Assembly: GCA_016748015.1 (NCBI GenBank)
Contig: JAAOMT010000301.1
Span: forward strand, 124,001 to 188,000
DNA: 64,000 nt
Direction of reading: 5' to 3'
From: Geosiphon pyriformis uo1
Lineage: Eukaryota; Fungi; Glomeromycota
A model generated the notes under the pieces. The model had not been told where the DNA came from and ran no database searches. It worked only from the letters and a program-made list of their open reading frames with translations. The first letter of the stretch is position 1; each line of letters starts with the position of its first letter. A program made the position numbers and the translations under genes. Positions 1-12,725 of this stretch are shown here, in pieces.

Positions 1-3000
1 TTCTTTTTTCTGAGAACAATATGTTAAAATATATGCAGTTCTTGTATTATTACCTTTATGCTTAATATTTTTCGATGTGAAAGAAATAAAGTGATTATAG
101 AGAACAACGTAAAGCACCCTAAAAATCCAAAATTTTCTAAAAGTTGGAAATATTTAGTTTAATTGACAATCTTAATGTATAGCCAACTTTTGATTTTAAA
201 TAGGGATATAGTACTTTCGGCAATAACTTAAATTATTTTTGTTCAATATAATATGATAATAAAGTTTTAAGCATAAGAAAAAATTTTATTTTATAAACCA
301 GAATTTTTAGCCTTATATATTGATGTAAAAATAATTATATTTTTTTACATGTTTATTAATAAATATTTTACTATCTTTTTTGTTATGTATTTATCTGTTT
401 TTTTATAATGTTTATTACCAACAAAAAATACAATTTTCAAGAATATTTCTTAAGAAATTAAAATTTTTTGGTTAATATATGTTAATATATAAAGTATTTT
501 TTTTATGCAGTTTATTAAATTTTAATATTATTTACATTAAAACTAAAATAAAAAGACCTAATTGAATCTTATTTTAAAATTAACAATGTTTTTAAAAAAA
601 CATAATGGTTTTTATATTTGTAATCATAAATTATTAATAACAAATATTTAATAAATTATTAAATATAATATTTTATGTATTATATTTTTTTTATGTAAAC
701 AAACTTATTAATAATTTGTATTTGTTAACATTTTTTTATTTTTTTAAAAATATATTAAAAATATATAATTGTTGTCAAAAAAATAAAAACAAAAATTTAT
801 TTATTTTCTTTAAATTATTATATTTTAATAAATATTATTAATTTGCTATTTTTATATAATATATACTAACTTTTTTTAATAATTTTTTTATAAAACAGTT
901 TTTAATTTAATTAATGTTTTTTAACTTTTTTATATACAAAAACAATTTTTAATTATTTTTTAATGTATTTTATTTTGTAATATTAAATTGATTTTTATAA
1001 ATTTTTGTTTTATTTATAAATAAATACTTGTTATTTATTAATTATATATTATTGTTTTTGTTAAAAATTACATATTTATATTTTATTATAAAATTTTTTT
1101 TGGTATATATAAATATATATGTAATTTATATTATAAAAATTAATAATATATTTTAAATACTTAGTAATAATAATTTTAAAATTGATTTTGTAAAAATATT
1201 ATTTATTTATATATATAGCATATCTTTATTATAAGAATATTAAATTTTTAAATTATGTTTTTATGTATAAATTAAACTTTAATATTTGTTTAGAATTATT
1301 AAAAAAAAATTAAAATTTTGGGTTTTATTTACTAATGTTTTATTTTTGTTGTCTTTGGTTTTATATTTACTTATTTTTAGTATTTTAAATATTATATATA
1401 TTATTATATATAAAAATTTTGTTTTTAATACTTAATTTATTAAGATATTGTTAATATTATTACTAGTAGATTTTTATAATAAATTTACATAATTAAAAAC
1501 ATATTACAAAATAACTTTAAAAAAGTTTTATTTTTTTTGAATAATTTAGAAAATTTTTATAAGCAATATTAAATATTAATATTAATTAAAAAAAAATAAA
1601 AACAACAGTTTATTAATTTTAATATTAAATTCTGTGAATATTGTTTTATTTTATATCAATTAAAATATTATAATAAATATAATTTTGTTTATAATTTACT
1701 GTTATATATTATTTATTTAATTCTTAAAATTAATAAACCAATTACCAAAACCAAAAAATCAGATTTAAACTTGATTTTAGTTTAATTGCTACTTTTAAAT
1801 TCAACAAAAATTTAAATATTGCTATTAATATTAAATAATATATTATGTTCTTAAACTTATTAAAAAGCAAGAATTAAAATAATTTAACAAAAATAATAAA
1901 AAATAATGTTTAAAAAAGCTTATAATACAAATATTAAATTTAATTTAAAATATTTTAAAAAAATTTCAATAATTTTAGAATTTTATTCTCTTATTAATAT
2001 AGATTTGAAAATAATTATAGAAATTTTTAATAACAATAATAATACAATTAGTATTTAAATTTTATTTTAATAAAAAAAAAATCAGTACAAAAAAAATAAT
2101 AATTAATGTAATATATATAAAAAATATTATTATTATATTACAAAATAATTCAAAAAAAGTCTATAAAATAAAAACAAAAAAATAACACAGATTATATTCA
2201 TATTTTTAATTAAAATAGCTTAATTAAACTTAGTAAAAACAAGAAAAAAATTAAAAATAATAGTAAAAAAGATCAATAAATTTGAATTTACTAAAAAAAT
2301 TAATATATTTGTTAATATAACAGAAAAAATTAGTAACAAAAAATTATTTTTATTAATTATATTGTTTTTATTCTATTATACTGTTATTATTTATTGAAAA
2401 TACTTTAAAAAATCAAAATTGGTTTTAGATTTTTAAGATAGAATCAAAAATTTACTAAAATAGAATTATTATTATTATTAATATATATATATTAACCAAA
2501 AATTACAAAAACATTAAAATTCTAATTTATAATAACATTAAATATTATATAAAAATTTTAATAAATAATATTATCAAATATTTAAATTTAAATTAAGAAC
2601 TAATTATTAATATATATATTAAATTTAATATTATAAATTTGAACCAAAAATAAGAATTATTATTTGCTCTAATCAAAATAATTAAAAAATATAAACTTAA
2701 AAAATCTAGATTTATTTTAAAAAACATAACTTAAAGTATTACTTAATCAATATATTAATATATTTATAAGTAAAAATAAATTTAGGAAATTTAATATTAT
2801 TTAATACAAAAACTGAAATTATTATGCCAATAAAATAAAAATGAAAAAATCTGTTTTTGTATAGATTATTACAAATTTAACAATATACTTGTAATAATAA
2901 TTATTTAATTCTATATATTCAATAACTATTTAACTTATTTGGTAAAAAAATAATTTTTTATATTAAATCTAAACAATAATTACTAATAAGTAGGTATAAA

Positions 3001-3494
3001 TCTAAATAATAATAAAAAACAAAATTTAAATTTAATATATTAGCAATGTTCTAATAGTTAATAAAAATTGTGTATTTAAGTATATTATAACAATTAGTAT
3101 TTATTTATTTAGATAATACTAATGTATTTTTTAAGACTTTTAATAAATAATTTTATTATATATAATAAATATTTAAAAAATTCTTACAAACTAAATTATA
3201 GCTTAATATTAATAAAAATTTTTAAAAAAAACAAAGCTCAAATTTTTAAAATATATAATTAACAAAAAATATATTAAACAAGATAAAAAAAATAAAAAAC
3301 TTTTTAAAAGCCTAAAATTTAATAAAACTAAAAAGATTTTTAAAATTAATTAAATATTATTGTAAAATAAAAAAACTTCTTTCTCTCTTACCTCCAAAAA
3401 TTCTCAAAAAGTGCATTTTCTGAAAAAAAAGTTTTTTTTTATTTTTTCTTGTTAGTTTTCTTTCAATATTTCCTTAAACAATAACCCTTTTGTT

Positions 3495-5381
3495 GTGGAT
3501 TTGAAAACTGCTTCAGGCAGTGATATGTCAAAAAAGAAGACACCCAAAGATGTTTTCCATGGTTCTGCTGGTGGTTCTTTTGCTCAGAAAAAAAGAGTGG
3601 TTCTTGGCAATGTTAAACACTCTGGTGATGAAAGAGATATCTCTTTAAGTAAATCTGGGCCTGGTGATAGTGTGTACTCTGATGTGGATAGTCTGTCTGG
3701 TAATAATAAGGATGTTGGCATAACAGGTGTACATGGAGAGTCTCTTCTGGATTCAGCTGCAACCACTCCCAAGGCAAAACGTGTTGATACTGGCATAATG
3801 TTTGGATCTCCACTTGGCTCTCCTGATTTCACTATGGATGATGATGAAATTGTGCTTTTTTCTCGCATGTCTATCCCTCTGGATAAAAAGTGAATTGATC
3901 CTAAAATTGTTAAAACTCAGGTTGAGGTGTCTGTGAAAAAATCTTTTGCTTTGGACATTGATCTTTTAGCTGTAGAAGGGAAATCGGCAATGGCCAAAAC
4001 TCAGGTCATAAGAAAATTATTTTCAGGAATCAATGGTTTTGGGGGGGCCACTACTCCCTCAAAATTTGAAGGGATCATCAGATCCACATTCATGTCAGAA
4101 GAAAACATGGAAAAAGCTGCGTTATTAGCTAAGGAGAAGGGGATCATTATAAACAGTGATCTCAAAAAACAAGAAGTTCATTCAGATTGGGCCGTAGTCA
4201 TCAAAGAAATTCCTATGGATACACCAAAGGAAATGATCGTCGCTGCAGTGTCTGAATTTGGGGATATTAAATCAATCAAAATTCAGCTAATCGGAATGTG
4301 GCAGAAGACTGTGGTGGAATTCGCCGAATCGGAACAGGCAGAGCAATTGGCTTCAAAATGGTTCTTCTTAATTGGGAAAGACTCTGTGCGCGTGGCAAAA
4401 GCTGTGGGAAATCGCAATATCTGGGTCTCTAGGGATCGTTTTAGGGTGCTTCTGTTTACGTTGCCAGTGAGAACAACAGTGCATGATCTTAATAATCTTC
4501 TGAATAAAACTAGTGGCAGAACTTGCATCATTAATCATTCATTGAACACTGGCAATAGGGTTCGTTGTGCTGTGGTTGGCTTCAAATCCAAGAATGATCT
4601 GAATTCCACTTTTCTCACTGAGCCTGTTTTTGGTGGTGTTTGTCTTTCTTAGACTAGGCTGGATTTGGTTTGGTGTAGAAAATGTGGATGTCTTGGACAT
4701 TTGGCTTTAGAGTGTGATGTATCAGATGTGTTGTCTTCTGATCTCTTGAATAGCTTTAATAAAAGGTGTGCTCCTGGTGTGGATTGTCTCCAGTTGGCCA
4801 AGTTATATGCAAAGAAAAATGTTCCTATATCCCGCCCTGCTGTCTTTGGTGGCAAATCATGGGCCCAGGTAGTCTCTCTTGCTCCCTCTTCTGGTGGCTC
4901 TCCTTCTGGTTCTGGTTTTGGTACTGGTTCCTCTCATCGTACAACCTCAGATTTGGGTGGTGGTCCTCCTTCTTCTACAATCACCGACTCTTCTTTGAAT
5001 GCTCGCTTGGCATCTTTGGAATGCTCTCTCAAGTTGTTGGCTGACCAAGTGTCTAATATTTTGAGGAAATTGAGTTTTGTTGAATTGGTGCCCATGGTTT
5101 TATCTTCTGGTGCCTCTCTTTTGGTTGGATCTGTGCCTTTGGCCTCTGGTTTGGATTCTAACATGGCTCTAGATGGTGAATTGGCATTGTCCAGTCCCTA
5201 TTCTCCAAGTATTAATATGAGTGCTGGCTTCAATTCGAGTTGTTCGAAGGTTCTAACTACCAAGGTGGGTGGTTTGGAATCTAAAATGTCGGCTTTGGAG
5301 GCTTTAATCGGTTCTGTTTTGGCGAGATTGGATCTCTTGTGTGCTGGTTTGGATTCCTCTTTATTGTCTTCATCCCAATAA
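3495..5381 (+). pseudogene. LINE ORF1 (RRM-like repeats, CCHC knuckle, coiled coil), in-frame stops
   Basis: Same-frame ORF fragments 3495-3893, 3927-4652 and 4665-5381; CRKCGCLGHLALEC knuckle; interrupting stops at Trp positions. Confidence 0.9.
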
Positions 5382-8300
5382 GCAGTCTGGTTTGGAAATT
5401 TGCCATGTGTAATGTTTGGAACATGAACGTTCTTGCAAAGCAGGATGATATAGTTTGTTGGCACAAAGACATAGACAATTTGGTTTCTATTTTTACTGAG
5501 ACAAAGTTGAAGGATAAGGTTCATCCCTGGATTATCAACAAGTTTGATGGTGTTTAGGTATTTACCTCTGGTTTGAATTCTGGATATCTGGGTGCTAGTC
5601 TGATGGTTGTCATAGACTCTTCTTTGGCAAGGCATGTGTGCAAGGTTTCTGAAGTGCCTGGCCAGCTTCTGTTTATTAAATTACTTTTCAAGAATAAGCT
5701 CTCAGTGTCAATTCTGGGGCTTTATGCTGATGCTTCTTTGGTGGTACAGTTTTTTCAGGCTGATGAGATTAACTCTCTTATTACGAAGGCTGTTAATGAA
5801 TCTTCTTTCATCATTCTCAGGGGTGATTTTAATAAAAATGGTTCTCATAAGAGTGCAAGTTTCAAAAAATGCTTTGATTTGGGTCTGGTCAATTCTTTAG
5901 TTGGTAGCCCAGCTGTGAAAATGTCCACTTGGGAAAATTCTAAGGGTGTTAAAAAAACAATTGATTACATGTTTATTTCTCTGAATCTGGTCAATGTAAT
6001 AGCAAATCGTGGGATTTTAAATGTCAGTGAGCATTTTGACATGGACCATCAAGCTGTTTTAGTGTCTTTGGGTTTGGGTGGACTTTTGGATATGTGCTTA
6101 AATTCTATTCGCATGCAAGTAAATAGAAATCATTGGAAGTTTGACATCAAGAGTGCTGATGAAACTAGGTGGTTGGAGTTCAAAGATGCTTTGGCTGCTA
6201 ATGCCTCTATGTTCTCAGATGCTTTTGGTGTGGCAGTAAGGTTTTCAGATATGGATGCTATGTGGGACATTATTTGCAAGATTATGGTTCTTTCAGTGGG
6301 TGGTACATTTAAGAAAAAATGGTTCAAAAGTTTTGATGGTGTGTTTACCAAGACTTCCTCTAGGTTTCACAAGCTGGAGCTGCTGGTTTCTAAGTTGGTT
6401 AAGGCTTCGTGTTTGGCTTCTAGTGATGGTTTTGCTTCTTTGTTGGAGATGTGGCACAGACTTGACTCCCCTGGTGCATCGGTGGTTAAGTTTCTGTTTC
6501 TTTCAGGTTCTAATTTTAATCTTATTCATTCTGCGCTGGCCAAAGCAAGAAAATCGTACTGCTCTTTCAAATAATTGAAATCCAAGCATGCTAAGGAATC
6601 CTCGATCAAGCAGGCTATTGGTAAGAGGATAGAAAGTTTTGAGTTAAATAAGGAACACACCATTAGGAGTGTTTTGGAGCATCCTTTTCGCAAGATGGTC
6701 CTGGATTATTTGGTTGTAGAAAATGAGTTAATTGTAGAGCCTGATTTGGTTAAGTCTAAAGTGGATGAAATTATGGAGGGTTAGACCAGAAAGCGTGTGG
6801 TGGTATCTGACATCTCTGAGGATTGGGCCTGCCAATATCGGCCTCTGGATTACGTGTTTGATAGTGCTTTCTCTAATGTCATGTGTTCGATTAGTTTTGA
6901 TGAATTGTTGACTGTTGTCAAGGATCTTCCTGATAGAAAGACAGCTGGTTTTTCTGGTATCTCCAATGAATTGTGGAAACATTGTAACAAATCTGTTTTG
7001 GATTTGCTTTTGGTGCTTTTGAATTCCTGTTTGGTTGGTGAATCAGTTTCTGGGCCATGGAGGGAAGCTTGGGTTTCAATGATTCCTAAGCCATATGAAT
7101 GGGAGAGAGTTCTCACGAACACCCATCCTATAGCTTTAATTGAAACGGCCTACAAGATTCTTTCTAAGATCCTTTCAAATAGGATTTCATTGGCTTGCAG
7201 CACTTTTGAGGTTTTTCATGGAGACAATTTTTCTGTTTTGAAAGGTACAACAATGCAATCTCCCATTTTTGCTATTGGTTCTGTGATTGAGGATGTCTTG
7301 AAGAAGAACCGTAAACTTTGGCTGGTTTTACAAGACATGTGCAAAGCTTATGACTCAGTTGGTTGGGAACATCTTAGGAGAAGTCTGGTCAGAATCAAGA
7401 TGTGTGACAGGTTTATTAGATTTTTTGGCAATATTTACAATGGTCGCGTCAACAGGGTGATAACTGACTTTGGCTTGATTAATGGGTATTGTGTCTATGA
7501 TAAGCTGGATCAGGGAAAAGTTTTTTTGCTCCTTCTCTGGTGTATTTTTTATGATTCACTTTTGTGCAAGGTTAAGAGACAAGAGAGTGTGTGTAGTTAC
7601 AGAATGAATTCTCATTTTATTTCCAAAACTGGCCGAGTAGATCCTTAAGCTGGACTGATTTCATTTCTCGCTGCTGGTGCTTTTGTCAATGATATTATTT
7701 GGGTTGGTAGCAGCCAGACTGCTACTCAACATATCCTTGATGTTGCTAGTAAATTTTTCAGGTTCAATGACATTTCTGTAAATAATGACAAGACAGTTGC
7801 CATTCCTATCAACTGTCGGGTGATGGATCCTCATTTAACTATTAGTGGCTCACCCATTTCTATTACCAAGAAGGGGGAATCTCATCGCTATCTTGGTATC
7901 TTTTTGTTTTCTGAGGGTCTTTTGAAGCCTAGCTTGGCTAAAGCTCAGGCAGATGTGTGGTTTTTTGTGAATCTTGTTTTAAAGAAGGTGGTTTCAGACA
8001 AACAGTGTGCATATTTGGTGTCTGCAGTTCTTTTTCCTATCATCAGCTACAGGACTCAGTTCAGTTTTGTTTCTGTTGGTATTTGTAATAAATAGGATGC
8101 TCTGGTACGCAAGATTTTGAAATCTAAGTCTGGGTTGTTATGTGATTTCCCCAGTGATGTGCTTCATTACCTCTCTTTGTACAATTTAAAGACCTTCAAA
8201 CAGATCCAGGCTGAGAGTAAATCAGCCTTCATTGTTGCTTTTGCGAATTCTACTGGTGTCTTGGGTTGCTTGTTCTCTCATAGGTCTCATGACCTCCAGG

Positions 8301-10065
8301 CTCTCAGCTGGCATCCTCGTCATCCCTTGCTGTTTCCAGCTTGCATTGGTATTAGTCCTTTGAATAATTTTTTGGCAGGTGTGGTTCGTATCTTTTCTGA
8401 GTATAATTTGTCTTTGGGTGGCTCTCTAACTTGTGTTTTTCGCCATCGAGATAGTACTCCTATGTCTCTGGTTCTTGGTGAACATTATTTTTTCAAATGT
8501 GTCTCTTTACTCAGATGTTATGAAATTGCTTTTGTGAAACAGCTTTGTGACCATAATGGGAACGTTTTCAGTTAGGGAACCTTTAAGTGTTGAAAAAGAC
8601 TGGACTCTCGTAGCCTGGTCCTTTTGTGGTTTGATTTCTCCGTTTAATTTCTCGGTAGTGTTGTTCCTCCTTCTATTTGTCCCTTTTTTGTGGAGAATTG
8701 TGTTAGTTCTAATGTTCATCTGTCTTATAGTTTTGTGTGGTTTGTGACACTTTGCTGACTGTCGATACTGCTTGCCTGTCTGTGTATACAGATGGGTCTT
8801 TAAGTAGTCTGGGCACTGTTGACATGAAAGCAGATGCTGCTGTTTTCTTTGAGGACATTAACTCGGATTTAGGTGTTGGAGTGTCTGGTTTGGTTTCTTC
8901 TATTCTGACAGAATTATAGACAATTGCTTTGGCTCTTGAGTGTGTTCCCTCATTTCGGTCGGTTGACTTGTTTTCAGACAGCCAAGCTGCTGTGGATGCG
9001 TGCAAGTCGGAGTCTTTGTTGGTTTATCTGGATTTTAAAAACCGTTGTTGGATTGAGTGCCATCATATTGCTAATGTCATTTGTCACAAGAATTTGGAAG
9101 TAAATTGGATTAAGGTTAGGGGTCATTCAAACATCTCAGGCAATGAACATGCTGATGCACTTGCTAAGGAGGCCGCTTCTTTTACTTGGCACTTGCCTCA
9201 TTTGGTCGGCAAACATTTTCTGAAGGCAGATGGTACTGCAGTTTCTGGTAATTCTAGACGCTTTGTTTGTAATGTTTTCTGTTCGGTTCATCGCACTTGC
9301 TGAGAGGTTGGGTCTGAATCTTGGGTTGTAACAAATGGTTTGCATGCTGATGTTAATTGGTCCAAGTCTTCTCTGGTGTGGCACCCTGATTCTCACTTAG
9401 CTGCTGGTTCTACTAGTGTGCATATGGCTGGCTTTCGGACTTACTTTATGAAGGCCCTTTATTGTTGGCTCCCAGTTGCTATGCGTAAGCATTTGTATGA
9501 TAGGGGGTACCCCAGTGTAGTGTGTTTGTATTGTGGTGATATTGAGATCTCAGATCATGTCTTTTCTTGTTCTCATGACACTGCTGGTCATGCCCAATTG
9601 TTGGATGTTTATGCTTCGGCTTGGGAGACTCTTTCTGGTCTGTTTCGGTCTTCTTCGTGTGTCTTGCAGCTGTTGGCTACCTGTGTTTCCAAGGTTGGGG
9701 TTGGCACTGCTCTGTATAAGGGCTTTGTTTTCAACAATTGGTATCATGAGTCTGTCTCAGTTTTTAAGGATTCTAAGGTTGGGGCTAATAAAATTGTGGA
9801 TTTTGTACGTGAGTTTTGTCTTGTGTTTCAGGATGACATTTGGTTGGTTCGCACTAGACACCAGGCGTTTATAAAAAAGCACAGTTTGATTTTGTGTGAC
9901 GGCTCCACTCTCACTTCAGTTTCTGGTTTGTCTATGGTTTTGTCAGCTGGTGTAGTTAGATTGCTAGGTGTGGCTGAGACTTTTGGAGTTGGTTTTGGGT
10001 TTCATAAGTTTTGTCCATTCTTTTCAGGTATTAGGGATTTGGTTTCTGTGTATATAGGTGTATAG
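5378..10065 (+). pseudogene. LINE ORF2: AP endonuclease, reverse transcriptase, RNase H, C-terminal CCHC
   Basis: Motifs TETK, GDFN, TIDY, MDH (APE); KAYDSVGW, FVND ~ FVDD, YLGI (RT); VYTDGS, SDSQAA, KVRGHSNISGNEHAD (RNase H); CLYCGDIEISDHVFSC. Multiple stops; start codon decayed to ATA. Confidence 0.95.
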
Positions 10066-10188
10066 TGTAGTCCTGACTGGCCCAAGTGGCTGGTCACGTG
10101 TAGAAAGCACATGATTCGCTCCTAGTTTAGATTATTTGTATGATGTATGGCACTAGGTCGAGTTTGGACCTCATTTGTTAAATTAAAT
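10066..10188 (+). other. Conserved hairpin-rich LINE 3' UTR (putative RT-recognition signal)
   Basis: Hairpins TGACTGGCC-caagt-GGCTGGTCA (10074-10096), TCACGTGT-agaaa-GCACATGA (10094-10114), CCTAGT..ACTAGG and GGTC-gagtttg-GACC. Homologous copies at ~19206, ~26229, ~29240, ~29450 (-), ~38830 (-) and ~57380 (-). Confidence 0.75.
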
Positions 10189-10291
10189 AAAAAAAAAAAA
10201 TTATTGTTAATTTATTTAAAATTTCTTAGCAATTAATATAACTACCTTATTAATTATAAATTAAAAACACCAATTATAAATAAATAAATAT

Positions 10292-11301
10292 TGTTATAAA
10301 TAAACTTGGTAGTATATAATAGTAATATTTAGTGTTCAAAATTTGGGTTTTTAGGGAGCTTTTAATAGTTTTCTTTTAGTAGACTTGTTTAGAGTATTAG
10401 TGTTATTAGTCTCTGAAGATTTTTCTAATTAATATGAATTTATCTATAAAGTTCTTTGGTTATAAGGCACAGAAAAATGGTTTTATGGTGTTGCAATTTT
10501 TTGTATATAAGCTATTTTTTTCAAACTAGTTAAGTACAATCATTAGAGTCTAACAGTGTTTTTTTGCCTTTTTGATAAGCTAACAAGATACTATTAATAT
10601 TTAATTCTAGAAAAAACTTCTCTCTTTTATCAGACTATCATAAAGTTTATTTCCAGACAGTTGATTTTCTTATGTTGCTACTCTACAAGAGAAAATGAAA
10701 AAAAATAAAAGAAAAGAAAAATAAAAGAAAATAAAAGAAGATAAATTAGTATTGTTAATTGTCATGATCAAAAGCAATTAGTTTAAGTCATAATGATTTG
10801 AGACTGTTTTATGCTAAGAACATTTGGCTGAAAACAAAGATAAAAACAAGATTAATTCAGTTACAATGCATAAAATATGAGAATTATACAGATGAGAATT
10901 TTGAGTTTTGTTAATATTTCTTTTATTTTAATTATATAAAATATAAAATGTAATAAAAGATATGTAACAAATATAGATAGAAAAAAATTGATTTTTGTCT
11001 ATCTGTCTGTTTTTTTATTTTCTATAACTACTTTCTTTTATATATTTTTCTTAGTTTTACAAGACTGTTTTTGATTGTTTTGTTATTGCTAATTATTGTT
11101 TGTTATTTTTGTTATTGCTTCGTTTTTCTATGTTATTACTAATTATTCTCATTATTTTGTACTATATTATGTTATCATGTTTTGTATTGTGTTATCTTGA
11201 GTTATTATGTATTATTTTGTGTTCTTTTACATTATCCTGTGTTATCATGTTTTTGATTATATTTCTTCATAACTTGGATTGGTTTTTCTACTTAGATAAC
11301 A
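10292..11301 (-). mobile_element. Solo LTR of a Gypsy family related to the LTR at 34820-35757
   Basis: TGTTA...TAACA termini; 4-bp TSD ATAT/ACAT; reverse complement of 11040-11290 aligns by eye with 34850-35150; host Gypsy frame continues across it. Confidence 0.75.
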
Positions 11302-12725
11302 ACATATAATAAAAAAACTTTTAAAAAATTAAAATAAAAGCTAATTAAGACTTTAATTTTAATTTATTTAGATTATAATAAACCATTTATAATTTTAATT
11401 AATATATTTAAAACAATATTATTACAATAGAAACCCAATAAATAAAATATATATTAGCAAAAATTTAAATTTAATAGAATAAAATTATAGAATTTCAATA
11501 TTAAAACACTTAATAATTTATTAAACAATAATAAAATAAAAAAATATCTTAGCAAGTTATTTAATATTTATATCAACTATAAAAATTTAACATTATTACA
11601 AAAAAAAATTAGTTAATAAAAAGCATATAAATAGAAAATAATATTGTTATAAATTAAATACAAATTACACTATATAAAAAAAAATAAAAAAGTTAATAAC
11701 TTATTATAAATAAGACCAATAAAAAATTATTAATTTAAATATTATTAAACTTTTAATATAAACAATTAGATATATTAATAATTTTTATATTATCTTAATA
11801 TTTAATAGTTTAAAAAAAATTATTTTAAAATAAACAAAATAAAATACATTATTAATTTAAACACTATTTTGTTTATTAAGATTTATTATATTAAAAAACT
11901 CAATAAAAATTAAACAATTTATTAAAAATAACAACAAAATAAAAAAACAACAGAATATTTTAATTGTAAAGCAACTATTAAAAAAACCAAAAAATTATAT
12001 TATTAGTCAATAATATACTCAAATATAATTTAATATATATAAAATTATAATACTTGCCAAAAAAAAAATAAGATTAAGTAAACTATTAAAACCAATTAAA
12101 ATTAGACATTATTTAATTAAATTAGAATTAATTTAATAAAACTATTAATTATAACTTTTAAAAACAATAAATATATTATTATTGTCATTGATTATTTTAT
12201 TAAATGGCCAAAAGCCAAAGTAATTTAAAAAATTAATGTTAAATTAATAAATAAATTTGTTAACCAAAAATTAATATATTAACATAAATATTTAAAAGAA
12301 TTGCTATTTAATCAAAAAACTTATTTTGTAAACAAAATATTGATTAAACTAAGTCAAAAATTTAAAGTAAAAAAAATTATTATTATTGTTATTATTATAT
12401 TATTTATAAATAAATAACTTAATTAAAAGATTTAATAAAACATTGTATAAAATATTAACCAAAATCAACCAAAAGAATAAAATTTGTTTATATTATCAAG
12501 ATTATTTATTTATTAAATAATAAAATAAATAATATTATTTAAATTAGTATATAATAAAACAAAAATCTGGAAAAAAAATATTAAAAACTTCTTTCTCTCG
12601 TTCCTCCACAAATCCTAAAAAAAGAGTTAAAAGTTTTTTAGAAGAAGTTTTTTATCATTCAGTACAATAAATTCAAACCATTTCTGCTTGATTACAAGGC
12701 CATTGTTGGCCCTAGTATTGCTGTC

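Larger units (their letters stand above)
3364..10200 (+). mobile_element. Full-length L1-like LINE, copy 1 (ORF1 + APE-RT-RNase H-zinc finger ORF2), inactivated
   Basis: 5' ACTTCTTTCTCTC start, two ORFs, conserved 3' UTR, poly(A) 10189-10200. TSD ATTATTGT at 3356-3363 and 10200-10207. Confidence 0.95.

Noticed and set aside
240-3360. Mitochondrial or endosymbiont insertion suggested by extreme AT content
   Set aside because: Much of it aligns with eroded Gypsy pol; no organellar or bacterial genes or RNAs are recognisable.
3891-9303. Alternative genetic code (TGA/TAG = Trp) explaining the stops in TE ORFs
   Set aside because: Stops mostly differ between copies and include TAA from CAA; host genes use TGG for Trp and standard stops.
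10066-10120. Hammerhead ribozyme in the LINE 3' UTR (CTGA...GAAA)
   Set aside because: The core CUGANGA is not met (CTGACTG) and the GAAA lies in a hairpin loop rather than a three-way junction.
11100-11309. Hydrophobic small ORF resembling a membrane peptide (also 20531, 37837, 38242, 58795, 59227)
   Set aside because: These arise from LTR tandem repeats or AT-eroded TE sequence; I/L/F/K/N composition artefact.
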